From an uncultured bacterium (GTDB lineage Bacteria; Patescibacteriota; Minisyncoccia; Phycocordibacterales; GWA1-40-21): a stretch of DNA of 64,000 bases. The position numbers were made by a program, and so were the translations under genes. The notes beneath the pieces were generated by a model that was not told the DNA's origin, did not search any database, and saw only the letters and a program-made list of their open reading frames with translations. Shown piece by piece: positions 38,185 to 47,562 of the stretch (its first letter is position 1; every line of letters begins with the position of its first letter). The stretch is taken from NCBI GenBank assembly GCA_963798465.1, contig CAWCTC010000001.1, positions 260,315-324,314 of the forward strand, in the 5' to 3' direction.

Positions 38185-38841
38185 TTAATGTGCGATTGAA
38201 AATCCGATTACTTTTTTTGCACCGGCGTCTTTTAAAGTTTTTGAAGCTTCATTCATCGTGGTTCCTGTTGTGATGACATCGTCTATCAAAATTATATTCC
38301 TATTTTTTATTTTTTTCTCGTCGGCAGAAAAACAATCTTTAAGATTTTTCAATCTTTCATTCCTGTTTTTCAAGTCTGATTGATGCGGAGTTTCTTTTAT
38401 TTTTATCAATGCATCGCATGAAATATTAAAATTTTTCCCGCCATCAATTTTAAATATTTCTTTCGCCAGAAGTTCGCTCTGGTTGTATCCGCGTTTTTTT
38501 AAATTATTATTATGCATCGGGATTGGAATCAGCAGGGGATTGTCAAAATTTGCAAAAGCCGTTTCGTCGGAGAGATTTTCCAAAATGAATTCGTGCATGA
38601 GCCCAGACAATTTTTTTGTCATCCCGTAATTTTTTTCATATTTTATCATCCAGATTGCTTTTCTCATTATCCTATTTTTATATAGGAATAAGGCTTTATA
38701 TTTACTGTTTTTAATTTCATATGCTTCAGGAATCGAGTCAATCATGTCTGCCGAATTCATATTTTCCATTTCTATCGCTTCAATATCTTTTGGAAAAAAT
38801 AAATCCAGAATTTTGTCCATAAAACCTTTTAATTTATCCAT
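38185..38841 (-). CDS. comF: ComF-family phosphoribosyltransferase-like protein
   Basis: 218 aa. IPIPMHNNNLKKRGYNQSELLA and the PRTase loop NIILIDDVITTGTTM. Confidence 0.8.
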   Translation of the reverse strand: MDKLKGFMDKILDLFFPKDIEAIEMENMNSADMIDSIPEAYEIKNSKYKALFLYKNRIMRKAIWMIKYEKNYGMTKKLSGLMHEFILENLSDETAFANFDNPLLIPIPMHNNNLKKRGYNQSELLAKEIFKIDGGKNFNISCDALIKIKETPHQSDLKNRNERLKNLKDCFSADEKKIKNRNIILIDDVITTGTTMNEASKTLKDAGAKKVIGFSIAH

Positions 38842-38928
38842 ATTTTTTGTTGAATGAGTTATTTTATGTGTTATAATAACACGGAAAGAACGCAGAGCGA
38901 ATTAATTGCGCGCAATTTTTTATATATC

Positions 38929-40044
38929 ATGTCCAATCCAATTTCAGATTTATTTAATTCTTTTTTCTCTCCTAAAGATACGAGAGTGCTCGGTATTGAT
39001 GTTGGCTCCTCGTCAGTCAAAGTGGTTCAGCTGAAAAAACAAAATGGAAAAGCCGTGCTTGAAACTTACGGCGAAATAGCACTTGGTCCGTATGCCGGCA
39101 CAGATCTTGAAAGAGCCACAGTGCTTTCCGCGGATAAATTATCCGAAGCTATAAAAGATCTTCTGAAAGAATCGAACACTACGACTTTGAACAGCGGGTT
39201 GTCTATTCCTATTGCATCAAGTTTTGTCGTCTTCATAAAGTTGCCGACTTCCGAAGAAAAGAATTTTGCCGAAATGGTGCCGATTGAAGCGAGAAAATAT
39301 ATTCCGATTCCGATTTCTGAAGTGACTCTGGATTGGTGGGCGATGCCAAAAGATGAAAATACAGTTTCAGAATTTCAAAATGGACAGAAAGTTGAAGATG
39401 ATAATATGACCGACATATTGCTCGTTGTCATAAGCAACGATGCGTTGAGCAAAAACAAAGAAATACAAAAATTGGCGGGATTGCAGACGACTTTTTCCGA
39501 AGTGGAAATTTTCAGTTGTATGAGAGCTGCGATAGAGCCGACAATTGATCCGCAAGTCATAATGGATCTCGGTGCAGGCAGCACGAAAGTTTTTGTCGTT
39601 GAAAGAGGAATATTGAAAGCATCGCACGTTATTAATCGAGGCTCTCAAGACATAACGCTGTCAATATCAAAATCAATGAATATAACTTTTGACGAAGCCG
39701 AGAAAATAAAAATCCAGCAGGGAATTATAAGTTCAGCAAAAGACAATATTTCAGAAGTATCTTCAATAACCGTCGATTATATTTTGTCGGAAACTGGACG
39801 CTTCATATTGAACTATTATAAAAAATCAAGCAAAAAAATAAGCAAAATAGTTCTGACTGGCGGAGGATCTTTACTTAAAGGTCTCAGGGAAAAATCTCAG
39901 AATTCTTTTGAAACTACAGTCGAGGTGGCCAATCCCTTTTCCAAGGTGGAATACCCAGCTTTTTTGGATGAGGTGTTGAAGACTGCCGGTCCGGAATTTA
40001 CTGTTGCTATAGGAATAGCGATAAGGAAGCTGCAGGAATTATAA
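38929..40044 (+). CDS. pilM: Type IV pilus assembly protein PilM (actin-like ATPase fold)
   Basis: VLGIDVGSSSVKVVQLKK..., DLGAGSTKV and a C-terminal LTGGGSLLKGL. ATG 38929 is preferred over the 38854 extension. Confidence 0.85.
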   Translation: MSNPISDLFNSFFSPKDTRVLGIDVGSSSVKVVQLKKQNGKAVLETYGEIALGPYAGTDLERATVLSADKLSEAIKDLLKESNTTTLNSGLSIPIASSFVVFIKLPTSEEKNFAEMVPIEARKYIPIPISEVTLDWWAMPKDENTVSEFQNGQKVEDDNMTDILLVVISNDALSKNKEIQKLAGLQTTFSEVEIFSCMRAAIEPTIDPQVIMDLGAGSTKVFVVERGILKASHVINRGSQDITLSISKSMNITFDEAEKIKIQQGIISSAKDNISEVSSITVDYILSETGRFILNYYKKSSKKISKIVLTGGGSLLKGLREKSQNSFETTVEVANPFSKVEYPAFLDEVLKTAGPEFTVAIGIAIRKLQEL

Positions 40045-40090
40045 TCAACATTGTATTGTTTTTATTTTTTGATGTATAATATACGAAGAA

Positions 40091-40738
40091 ATGGAACCAA
40101 AATATCAAACATCTTTCATACCCAAAAAACCCATTAGTCCAGTTGCACAACAGAAGAGAGTTTCTGTCGGGATAAACCTATTTTTGCTTATATCAATAGT
40201 CATGTTTTTAGTTTCTTTGGGATTGGCCGGCTATGTATTTTTGGAAAAGAATATTTTAATCCAAAAAATAAATCAGGATCAAAGCACGATATCAACTGAT
40301 AAAAACAGTTTTACGGCGGATTCCAATACTATTGAAAGCTTGGTTGAACTCGATTCAAGAATAAATGTTTCCAACACTTTGCTCGCTCAGCACATCGCAG
40401 TTTCGCCGATTTTTGGTGCTTTCATACAGCCAGCAACTCTTCAGTCCGTAAGATTCAACGATTTCACTTTTAATTATGCAGGCAAAGATGCAACTGGTGC
40501 AAGCAAGATATCTATAACCATGGATGGCACGGCGAGAGATTGGCAGACAATTGCTTCTCAAGCTGATGAATTCGGACTTCCTGATTGGAAAAATATAATA
40601 AGCGAGCCGACGATTTCAAACTTAACCCAAAATGCCGATAACACAGTTTCATTCCAGTTTACAGCTTATGTAAATCCTGCATTTTTAGTTTACGGAAGCA
40701 ATTCAACAAGCAACGCGACAAATAATTCAACAAATTAA
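40091..40738 (+). CDS. PilN-like bitopic pilus assembly protein
   Basis: 215 aa with a short cytoplasmic N-terminus and one TM segment. Sits directly after pilM. Assigned mainly by position. Confidence 0.45.
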   Translation: MEPKYQTSFIPKKPISPVAQQKRVSVGINLFLLISIVMFLVSLGLAGYVFLEKNILIQKINQDQSTISTDKNSFTADSNTIESLVELDSRINVSNTLLAQHIAVSPIFGAFIQPATLQSVRFNDFTFNYAGKDATGASKISITMDGTARDWQTIASQADEFGLPDWKNIISEPTISNLTQNADNTVSFQFTAYVNPAFLVYGSNSTSNATNNSTN

Positions 40739-40740
40739 TT

Positions 40741-41316
40741 ATGGACTTTATATTACCAATCATTTTAATAATATCTTCATTCGCAGTATTTTTCGGATAC
40801 GTTGATCCGAATTATAAAGGACCTGCAAATCAAAGCACTACATCTTATCAGCAAGATGGTGTCGTATTTTTAAAAAGCGAACTGGCTCAATATGACAGCG
40901 TATTGAATTCTTCAACACAGATCGTATCTCAGAGAGATGCACTTGTTGCAAAGAAGAATACGATTTCAGATGCAGATGAAGCAAGATTGGAAACGCTTTT
41001 ACCAAGCAATATAGACAATATAAGACTTATTATAGAAATAAGTGATATCGCACAGGCAAGAAATTTGAAGGCAGAAAATATTTCTGTCGGCAATATGACT
41101 CAGAGCACGAGCAATACGATCGGCCAAAATTCAAGCCTTTATGGAACTTTATCTCTGACATTTACAGTGACTGCAACATATAATGACTTCTTGAATCTAT
41201 TGCAGGATTTGGAAAACAATCTCAGATTGCTTGATGTGACGAATATCAGTTTCCATTCTACAGACAGCGGATTCTATGACTTTACTGTAACCTTTAATAC
41301 TTATTGGCTGAAATAA
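40741..41316 (+). CDS. PilO-like bitopic pilus assembly protein
   Basis: 191 aa with an N-terminal TM segment and a coiled-coil region. Assigned by position in the pilMNO order. Confidence 0.4.
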   Translation: MDFILPIILIISSFAVFFGYVDPNYKGPANQSTTSYQQDGVVFLKSELAQYDSVLNSSTQIVSQRDALVAKKNTISDADEARLETLLPSNIDNIRLIIEISDIAQARNLKAENISVGNMTQSTSNTIGQNSSLYGTLSLTFTVTATYNDFLNLLQDLENNLRLLDVTNISFHSTDSGFYDFTVTFNTYWLK

Positions 41317-41335
41317 TTTTTTAATTAAAACCAAA

Positions 41336-41680
41336 ATGAAAAATAATATTATAATAATAATATTGGTGATAGTCATCGGAGCAGTGGCGTTTTGGTATTT
41401 GGGAAAAGATCAAACCAATAACGGTTCATCGCTTTCTGTTACGGCTCAGACATCAAATTCTGCCGATGCCGAATATATCTATAACATTTTACAGCAGATG
41501 GCTCAGGTCAAGCTCGATGATTCAATTTTTTCAAATCCTAATTTTCAAGGTTTAAAAGATAACACAGCAACATTTCCTCCACAGGCTGCTGGCAGACCAA
41601 ATCCATTTTCTAAAACGGGAACGGACACGGTCATTCCTGGTCAGTCAACTCAATCTTTAAGTTCGTCTTCCGTAAATTAG
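41336..41680 (+). CDS. Hypothetical bitopic protein in the pilus cluster
   Basis: 114 aa with an N-terminal TM segment and a Ser-rich C-terminus. Confidence 0.45.
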   Translation: MKNNIIIIILVIVIGAVAFWYLGKDQTNNGSSLSVTAQTSNSADAEYIYNILQQMAQVKLDDSIFSNPNFQGLKDNTATFPPQAAGRPNPFSKTGTDTVIPGQSTQSLSSSSVN

Positions 41681-41693
41681 GATAATTTAAAAT

Positions 41694-43415
41694 ATGAATA
41701 TATTAGAAAATCTTGTTAGTAAGAATATAATAAGCAAAGGAGACTCAACAAAGATAGAAAAGCAGGCAAGCAGTACTGGCAAACCAATAGAAGAAGTTTT
41801 GGAAGATGTTGGTGTCCCGGCTCAAACTATCCTTGATGTAAAAGGGGAATATTATAATGTTCCTCCGATGAATTTGGAAAATTATAATGTTCCTCTTTCT
41901 ATTTTAAAATATATTTCTGAAGATGCCGCGTCTCACTATAAATTTATTCCACTGTCTGTAAAAGATGGTGTTCTTGAAATTGGAATGACAGATCCGGATA
42001 ATATAGAAGCGAGAGATGCGCTCACATTTATAATAAGCAAGCTGAATATGCCTTATAAAATCTATGTTATTACCGAAAAAGATTTTAAAAAAGTATTAGG
42101 CACATACAATGGTCTTTCCGGCGAAGTTAATAAAGCTTTGACTGAACTCAATACGGATTTGGACAAAGATTTGGAAGATATAGAAATTGTAAAAGATCAG
42201 AATTCAAGTTTCGGAAAGATAGAAACAAAAATCGTAGAGGATGCTCCCGTCACGAAGATTGTTGCAACAATATTGCGATACGCTGTGGAAGGAAATGCTT
42301 CGGACGTCCACATTGAAAATATGAAAGACAAAGTCAGAGTGAGATTCAGGGTTGATGGAATATTAAATACAAGCCTCGTGCTTCCCGCGGAAGTCGATCA
42401 AGCCGTGGTTGCAAGAATCAAAATTCTTTCAAACATGAAGCTTGATGAAAAAAGAAAACCTCAGGATGGACGTTTCTCCGCAAAAATAGAAGGAAGAAGA
42501 ATAGACTTCAGAGTCTCGACTTTCCCCACATATTATGGAGAGAAAGTCGTTATGAGAATTTTGGATCAAGAAAAAGGAATCAAACCTCTTGATCAGATGG
42601 GTTTGTCTGATAAATATTTAAAAATGGTCAGGTATGCGATGACACGACCATACGGAATGATACTTATTTCAGGTCCGACAGGAAGCGGAAAAACCACGAC
42701 GCTTTACGCGATGCTTGAAGAAATAAACAAGGATGAAAAAAATGTTTTGAGTTTGGAAGATCCTATTGAATATAATATCGACGGAGTCAGCCAGTCGCAA
42801 GTTTTTCCGGAAATCGGATATGATTTTGCAAATGGACTCAGGACTACTTTGAGACAAGACCCAGATGTCATCATGGTCGGAGAAATCAGAGATAAAGAAA
42901 CCGCTCAGCTTGCGGTTCAAGCTGCTCTTACCGGACACTTGGTGCTTTCAACAATTCACACGAATAATGCATGCGGAGTCGTTCCAAGACTTATAGACAT
43001 GGGAGTCGATCCTTATCTTATTGCTCCGACGCTCATACTTACGATGGGACAGAGATTGCTGAGAACAATTTGTCCTGGAACAGGAAAGTCAATTCCAATA
43101 GAAGGAAGTATAAAAGCAATGATAGACAAAGAATTTGCAGATTTGCCGGAGGAATTCAGGAGTGAAATTCCCAAGGTTTCTGATATGCTTGAAATTGAAG
43201 TTACGCCTCAATGTCCGACTGGAACAAGAGGAAGAATTGCAGTTTTTGAAATGTTCAAGATGAGCAAAGAAATCGAACAGGTCATATTGCATAATCCTGA
43301 AGAGTCTGAAGTCCTTAAAGCGGCCAGAAAAGAAGGTTTTATCACAATGAAAGAAGATGCGATAATAAAAGCCATGGAGAAACTTATTCCATTCGAGGAA
43401 ATTAATGAATTATAA
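41694..43415 (+). CDS. pilB: Type IV pilus assembly ATPase PilB/GspE
   Basis: 573 aa. N-terminal GSPII-like domain, Walker A GPTGSGKTTT, Asp box, Walker B DPDVIMVGEIRD, His box TGHLVLSTIHTN, and a CPxxG..C..CP tetracysteine region. Confidence 0.93.
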   Translation: MNILENLVSKNIISKGDSTKIEKQASSTGKPIEEVLEDVGVPAQTILDVKGEYYNVPPMNLENYNVPLSILKYISEDAASHYKFIPLSVKDGVLEIGMTDPDNIEARDALTFIISKLNMPYKIYVITEKDFKKVLGTYNGLSGEVNKALTELNTDLDKDLEDIEIVKDQNSSFGKIETKIVEDAPVTKIVATILRYAVEGNASDVHIENMKDKVRVRFRVDGILNTSLVLPAEVDQAVVARIKILSNMKLDEKRKPQDGRFSAKIEGRRIDFRVSTFPTYYGEKVVMRILDQEKGIKPLDQMGLSDKYLKMVRYAMTRPYGMILISGPTGSGKTTTLYAMLEEINKDEKNVLSLEDPIEYNIDGVSQSQVFPEIGYDFANGLRTTLRQDPDVIMVGEIRDKETAQLAVQAALTGHLVLSTIHTNNACGVVPRLIDMGVDPYLIAPTLILTMGQRLLRTICPGTGKSIPIEGSIKAMIDKEFADLPEEFRSEIPKVSDMLEIEVTPQCPTGTRGRIAVFEMFKMSKEIEQVILHNPEESEVLKAARKEGFITMKEDAIIKAMEKLIPFEEINEL

Positions 43416-43507
43416 AAAAATATCAGCTTGTTGCTGTATAAAATAAAACATTTTTGTTGTATAATTGTCGCAAGGAATTAAAAAAAATAATTTTCAAAAA
43501 TATTTAT

Positions 43508-43610
43508 CCCGTTAAAAATTCAGACCAAGCCAAATATGAAAATAGAATCAAATTAGAAAGTTAAAAATAAAAGTCGCAATAAATTATTAATATTAAAATT
43601 TTGTACTGGG
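43508..43610 (+). repeat. Possible degenerate fifth copy of the GIY-YIG cassette ends, abutting the pilT start
   Basis: CCCGTTAAAAATTCAGACCAAGCCAAAT at the left and AAAATTTTGTACTGGG-ATG at the right resemble the CCCGTTAAAGTTTTTGCCAAT / AAAATTTTCTCGGGTAAAC-ATG ends. The similarity is weak. Confidence 0.3.
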
Positions 43611-44672
43611 ATGGATTACAAAAATGAACTCAGTGATTTGATAAAGACAGTTTTTCAGGAAGGAGCTTCCGATCTGCATTTGTCTGAAGGAAAGAAACCC
43701 ACGATAAGAGTTTCAGGAATGCTTTTGCCTTTGGTCAAACGGGATGTAATCGGCAAAGAAATGATAATCGGAATTCTTTCGGAACTTGTAACCAAGGAAA
43801 ACAGAGAATACTTTTTGAAAAACAAAGAGCTAGATTTTTCATACGGCATGGACAATGGCGAGAGATTCAGAGGTAATGCGTATTTTCAGCAGGGAATGAT
43901 AAGCATCGCACTGAGACTTATTCCTAAAAATATCAGAGGACTCTCTGAGCTCAATCTTCCGGATGTTCTTAAATCTTTTACGGACAAGCCGCAAGGTTTT
44001 TTCTTAGTTGTCGGTCCAGTTGGACATGGAAAAACCACGACACTCGCAGCCATGATAGAAAACATAAATGAAACCAGAGCTGAACATATAATTACAATCG
44101 AGGATCCTATAGAATATATTTACGAACCGAAAAAATCTATCATAGATCAAAGAGAAGTCAGAACAGATACCGAAGATTTCGGAACAGCTATGAAAAGCAT
44201 GTTCAGAGAAGATGTAAACGTCGCACTCATCGGCGAGATGAGAGGATATGAGACGATTGCCACTGCCGTCACCGCAGCTGAAACGGGACATTTGGTTTTT
44301 TCGACTCTTCACACAAACGGTGCTGCGCAGACTGTCAGCAGAATTATAGATTCATTCCCAGCGGAACAGCAAGGACAGATAAGAATACAGCTTGCCGGAA
44401 GCTTGACTGGAATTTTTTCACAGAGGCTTATTCCAAGAATTTCCGGAGGATTGATTCCAGCATATGAACTTTTGATAAATAATAATGCAGTTTCAAATCT
44501 TATAAGAGAAAACAGAATACATGAAATAAGTTCCGTGATAGAAACATCTTCTCAAGAAGGAATGATAGACATGAATAGATGTCTGGCGGAAATGGTTCAA
44601 AGAGGAGAAATTACCGTTGAGAGCGCGTATCTTTACGCTACGGATTCGAAGATTTTGGAAAAAATGATGTAA
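43611..44672 (+). CDS. pilT: Twitching-motility (retraction) ATPase PilT
   Basis: 353 aa. GASDLHL, Walker A GPVGHGKTTT, IITIEDPIEY, GEMRG, TGHLVFSTLHTN. Confidence 0.93.
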   Translation: MDYKNELSDLIKTVFQEGASDLHLSEGKKPTIRVSGMLLPLVKRDVIGKEMIIGILSELVTKENREYFLKNKELDFSYGMDNGERFRGNAYFQQGMISIALRLIPKNIRGLSELNLPDVLKSFTDKPQGFFLVVGPVGHGKTTTLAAMIENINETRAEHIITIEDPIEYIYEPKKSIIDQREVRTDTEDFGTAMKSMFREDVNVALIGEMRGYETIATAVTAAETGHLVFSTLHTNGAAQTVSRIIDSFPAEQQGQIRIQLAGSLTGIFSQRLIPRISGGLIPAYELLINNNAVSNLIRENRIHEISSVIETSSQEGMIDMNRCLAEMVQRGEITVESAYLYATDSKILEKMM

Positions 44673-44882
44673 CACCCGTTAAAGTTTTTGCCAATGTATT
44701 GTGCAAGTGAGTGAGAATAAAAATTAGTGATAAAGATAATTATTTAAGATATAATATAAGCACAATACTAAAAAAGTTGTTATAATATTGAAAAATTTTA
44801 CAAAATGACCAAGTATCTTAGACAAAGTAATATGGAGAAAGTCGCCCATAACTTTTTTATTGGCAAAAATTTTCTCGGGTAA
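44673..44882 (+). mobile_element. ORF-less derivative of the GIY-YIG cassette, copy 1, exactly filling the pilT-pilC gap
   Basis: Begins directly after the pilT stop with CACCCGTTAAAGTTTTTGCCAATG and ends TTATTGGCAAAAATTTTCTCGGGTAA-ATG(pilC). The interior keeps a decayed ORF start (ATTGTGCAAG versus ATTATGCAAT) and a TGTTATAAT box. Confidence 0.7.
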
Positions 44883-46091
44883 ATGACATTTAAATATAAA
44901 GCAATAGATTCAAGCGGTTCAACGAAAGATGGAGTCGTTGAAGCAATAAATATAGATGTAGCCATAGATGCCTTGCAAAAAAGGGGCTTATCTATTGTTT
45001 CAATAAAACCTGAAGAAGAAAGCGGAAGCGGTTTGCTGACAAACATTACAATGTTTGACAGAGTATCAAACAAAGATGTTGTCATACTTTCAAGGCAGAT
45101 GGCGACTTTGTTCACAGCCCAAGTTTCAGCTCTGCGAGTTTTTCAGCTTTTGGCGATGCAATCAGAAAGTTCTCTTTTGAGAAGACAATTGAAAGGCGTT
45201 GTCGACGATCTTCAAGCTGGAAATAATATTTCGGCTGCTTTGGAAAAATATCCAAAAACATTTTCTCCTTTTTATATAAACATGGTCAAAGCTGGAGAAG
45301 AATCTGGAAAACTTGATCAGACTTTCATGTATCTGGCGGATTATCTGGACAGGACTTATGAAGTCACTTCAAAAGTTTCCACTGCTCTTATCTATCCGGC
45401 ATTTATTGTTTTCACTTTTGTTGTCGTTATGATTCTCATGCTCACTGTTGTCATTCCGAAAATCAGCACAATTTTAACTCAGTCTGGCGGATCAGTTCCA
45501 GTTTATACTCAAGTGGTCTTAGCGCTATCTAGTTTCTTTGTCAGCTATGGCGTTTTCCTTCTTGTTGCGCTTATCATCGGAGGTTTTTTCCTTTGGAGAT
45601 ATTTGCAGACTGACAGCGGAAAACTTTCTCTCGACCATCTGAAAATTACGACTCCGTTCATAAAAAATCTTTATTCAAAACTTTATCTTTCAAGAATTGC
45701 AGACAATATGAACACGATGCTGATCTCTGGAATTCCGATGGTAAGAGGTTTGGATTTAACATCTTCCGTGGTGGACAATGTGGTTTATAAAAATCTTCTG
45801 ACCCAAACAGTTGAAGATGTAAAAGCAGGAAGCTCAGTTTCAGCAGCGCTTGAAAAACATCCTGAGATTCCGGGAATTTTCGTCCAGATGGTAAAGATAG
45901 GAGAGGAAACCGGACAGCTTGGAAATATTTTGAAAACTTTGGCAGATTTTTACAGAAGAGAAGTTACAAATTCCATCGACGCGCTTGTCAGCCTTATTGA
46001 GCCGGTGATGATCGTGCTTTTGGGTGTTGGAGTCGCGTTTCTTCTCGCTGCAGTTCTTATACCTATTTACAGCATTTCTGCTGGAATGTAA
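44883..46091 (+). CDS. pilC: Type IV pilus platform protein PilC/GspF
   Basis: 402 aa. Two GspF repeats (..LSRQMATLF.AQVS...; ..ISGIPMVRGLDL..), three TM segments, and GEE(S/T)G motifs. Confidence 0.92.
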   Translation: MTFKYKAIDSSGSTKDGVVEAINIDVAIDALQKRGLSIVSIKPEEESGSGLLTNITMFDRVSNKDVVILSRQMATLFTAQVSALRVFQLLAMQSESSLLRRQLKGVVDDLQAGNNISAALEKYPKTFSPFYINMVKAGEESGKLDQTFMYLADYLDRTYEVTSKVSTALIYPAFIVFTFVVVMILMLTVVIPKISTILTQSGGSVPVYTQVVLALSSFFVSYGVFLLVALIIGGFFLWRYLQTDSGKLSLDHLKITTPFIKNLYSKLYLSRIADNMNTMLISGIPMVRGLDLTSSVVDNVVYKNLLTQTVEDVKAGSSVSAALEKHPEIPGIFVQMVKIGEETGQLGNILKTLADFYRREVTNSIDALVSLIEPVMIVLLGVGVAFLLAAVLIPIYSISAGM

Positions 46092-46110
46092 TACAAAATT
46101 AAATTATTTA

Positions 46111-46157
46111 AAAATACAGGGAGGTTTTCGCTACGCGAAAACCTCCCTGTATTTTTA
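46111..46157. terminator. Hairpin AAAATACAGGGAGGTTTTCGC-TAC-GCGAAAACCTCCCTGTATTTT
   Basis: Perfect long stem 20 nt after the pilC stop. Confidence 0.8.
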
Positions 46158-46326
46158 ATGTCAAATTATAACTTTTTTGACTTATCAACACATGCTCTTT
46201 TCACATATTTATCTAAAAAGTTGTATAATTGCGGGGTAAGCTTGAATTCCGAAAGGAATCAGAAGTATTTTTTATTGGAAGTATTCTTACCTTGAGCAAG
46301 TTGAAGATGGCCAAACGAAAGTACAA

Positions 46327-46424
46327 GCAATTTATCGCCGACGTAGAGCGAGAGAAATAAAAAAGTAATCTTTTTTGTTTCCGAGCTGAGGAGGGCGATA
46401 TAAGAGCTAGAAGCTGCTTTTATT
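46327..46424 (+). repeat. Structured ~85-nt repeat, copy B
   Basis: ..ATCGCC-GACGTAGAGCGAGAG-AAATAAAAAAG-TAAT-CTTTTTTGTTT-CCGAGCTGAGGAG-GGCGAT.. Its flanks (GCAATTTATC.. and ..ATATAAGAGC.AGAAGCTGCTT.TATT) are shared with copy A. Confidence 0.7.
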
Positions 46425-46445
46425 AGTGTTATTAAATTGATTTTT

Positions 46446-46512
46446 AACGCCGACGTAGAGCGAATGAAATGAGAAAGTAATCTTTATCATTTCTGAGCCG
46501 AGGAAGGCGTAA
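46446..46512 (+). repeat. Structured ~85-nt repeat, copy C
   Basis: AACGCC-GACGTAGAGCGAATG-AAATGAGAAAG-TAAT-CTTTATCATTT-CTGAGCCGAGGAA-GGCGT, 34 nt upstream of the pilin gene. Confidence 0.7.
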
Positions 46513-46545
46513 AGATTTCAATATCTTATCGATAAAAATTTAATT

Positions 46546-46971
46546 ATGAAAATGAAAAAAGGTTTTACATTGATCGAACTTTTGGTGGTTATCGCCATCA
46601 TCGGTATTCTTTCATCAGTCGTTTTGGCTTCTCTAAACTCAGCAAGATCAAAAGGTGCAGATGCCGCAGTCCAATCAGGATTGAGCAACTTCCAAGCTCA
46701 AGCAGCTTTGTATTATAATAATGGTCAGACATATGGTACGTCTGCAGATTGTACTACAGGGGGAGTATTTATAGATCCACAAGGCGCAAGTATCATTGCA
46801 AATGTTAAATCAAATGCAAGCGGACAAAGTATTACATGTAATGCTGCCAGTACGACGTATGCCGTTGTAGCAAAATTATCAACAGCAGGAAGTTATTGGT
46901 GTGTAGATAGCAACGGTAATACCGGTGCTACAGCCTCTTCAACAATTGCTTCAGACGGCCTTTGTAAGTAA
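46546..46971 (+). CDS. pilA: Type IV pilin (probable major pilin)
   Basis: 141 aa. Class III signal MKMKKG|FTLIELLVVIAIIGILSSVVLASL, with Cys residues near the C-terminus (CVDSNG...GLCK). Confidence 0.88.
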   Translation: MKMKKGFTLIELLVVIAIIGILSSVVLASLNSARSKGADAAVQSGLSNFQAQAALYYNNGQTYGTSADCTTGGVFIDPQGASIIANVKSNASGQSITCNAASTTYAVVAKLSTAGSYWCVDSNGNTGATASSTIASDGLCK

Positions 46972-46995
46972 AATTTGTATTTTGTTTTAATTTGA

Positions 46996-47021
46996 AAAAC
47001 GCCCATCTCGGGCGTTTTTCT
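46996..47021. terminator. Hairpin AAAAACGCCC-ATCTC-GGGCGTTTTT
   Basis: GC stem followed by a T-run, 25 nt after the pilin stop. Confidence 0.75.
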
Positions 47022-47262
47022 TTTCTTTCCCAGAACCCCGCCCGAAGCATCCCCTAGATAAGGGCATTTTCAGAACTTTGGAGGGCGGGGGTTAGAAAGT
47101 ACTACCATGTTCACTAAACGTGATTTATATATATTCATGAGAATTAGTAATTAAATAGTATTCTCATGCTTTAAAAGGAAACCCCGGGCGCAGCGTAGCG
47201 GAGCCCGGGGAGGAGGTCATTGTCTAAAAACATTTTCTTTTTGTTTTAAAAAAGTTATAATT

Positions 47263-47562
47263 AATCCGTTAAAGTTTTTGCTAACGCATTATGCAATATC
47301 TATATGTATTACAAAGTAAGAAAAATGGCGAATTATATACAGGTTGTACCAAAGATATAAAAAATAGATTAATATTGCATAATGCCAAAAAAGTTACGTC
47401 GACGAAAAAAAGCGCGCCATTTGCACTTATATACTATGAAGCTTACATAAATAGCAAAGACGCGTATAATAGAGAAAAATATATGAAAACACAATATGGT
47501 AGAAATTATATCAAAAAGGTCCTAAGTAACTTTTTTATTAGCAAAAATTTTCTCGGATAAAC
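47263..47562 (+). mobile_element. GIY-YIG cassette, ORF-bearing copy (copy 2), abutting the start of the second pilin gene
   Basis: Left end AATCCGTTAAAGTTTTTGCTAACG, right end TTATTAGCAAAAATTTTCTCGGATAAAC-ATG. Two substitutions in the left arm (C to T twice) are matched by G to A changes in the right arm relative to copies 1, 3 and 4. Confidence 0.7.
47291..47560 (+). CDS. GIY-YIG nuclease-family protein (short, UPF0213/YhbQ-like)
   Basis: 89 aa. YLYVLQS..GELYTGCT.DIKNRL..H... then YYE and N..REK..K, matching the GIY-(x10)-YxG, R and E/N motif order. Confidence 0.85.
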   Translation: MQYLYVLQSKKNGELYTGCTKDIKNRLILHNAKKVTSTKKSAPFALIYYEAYINSKDAYNREKYMKTQYGRNYIKKVLSNFFISKNFLG

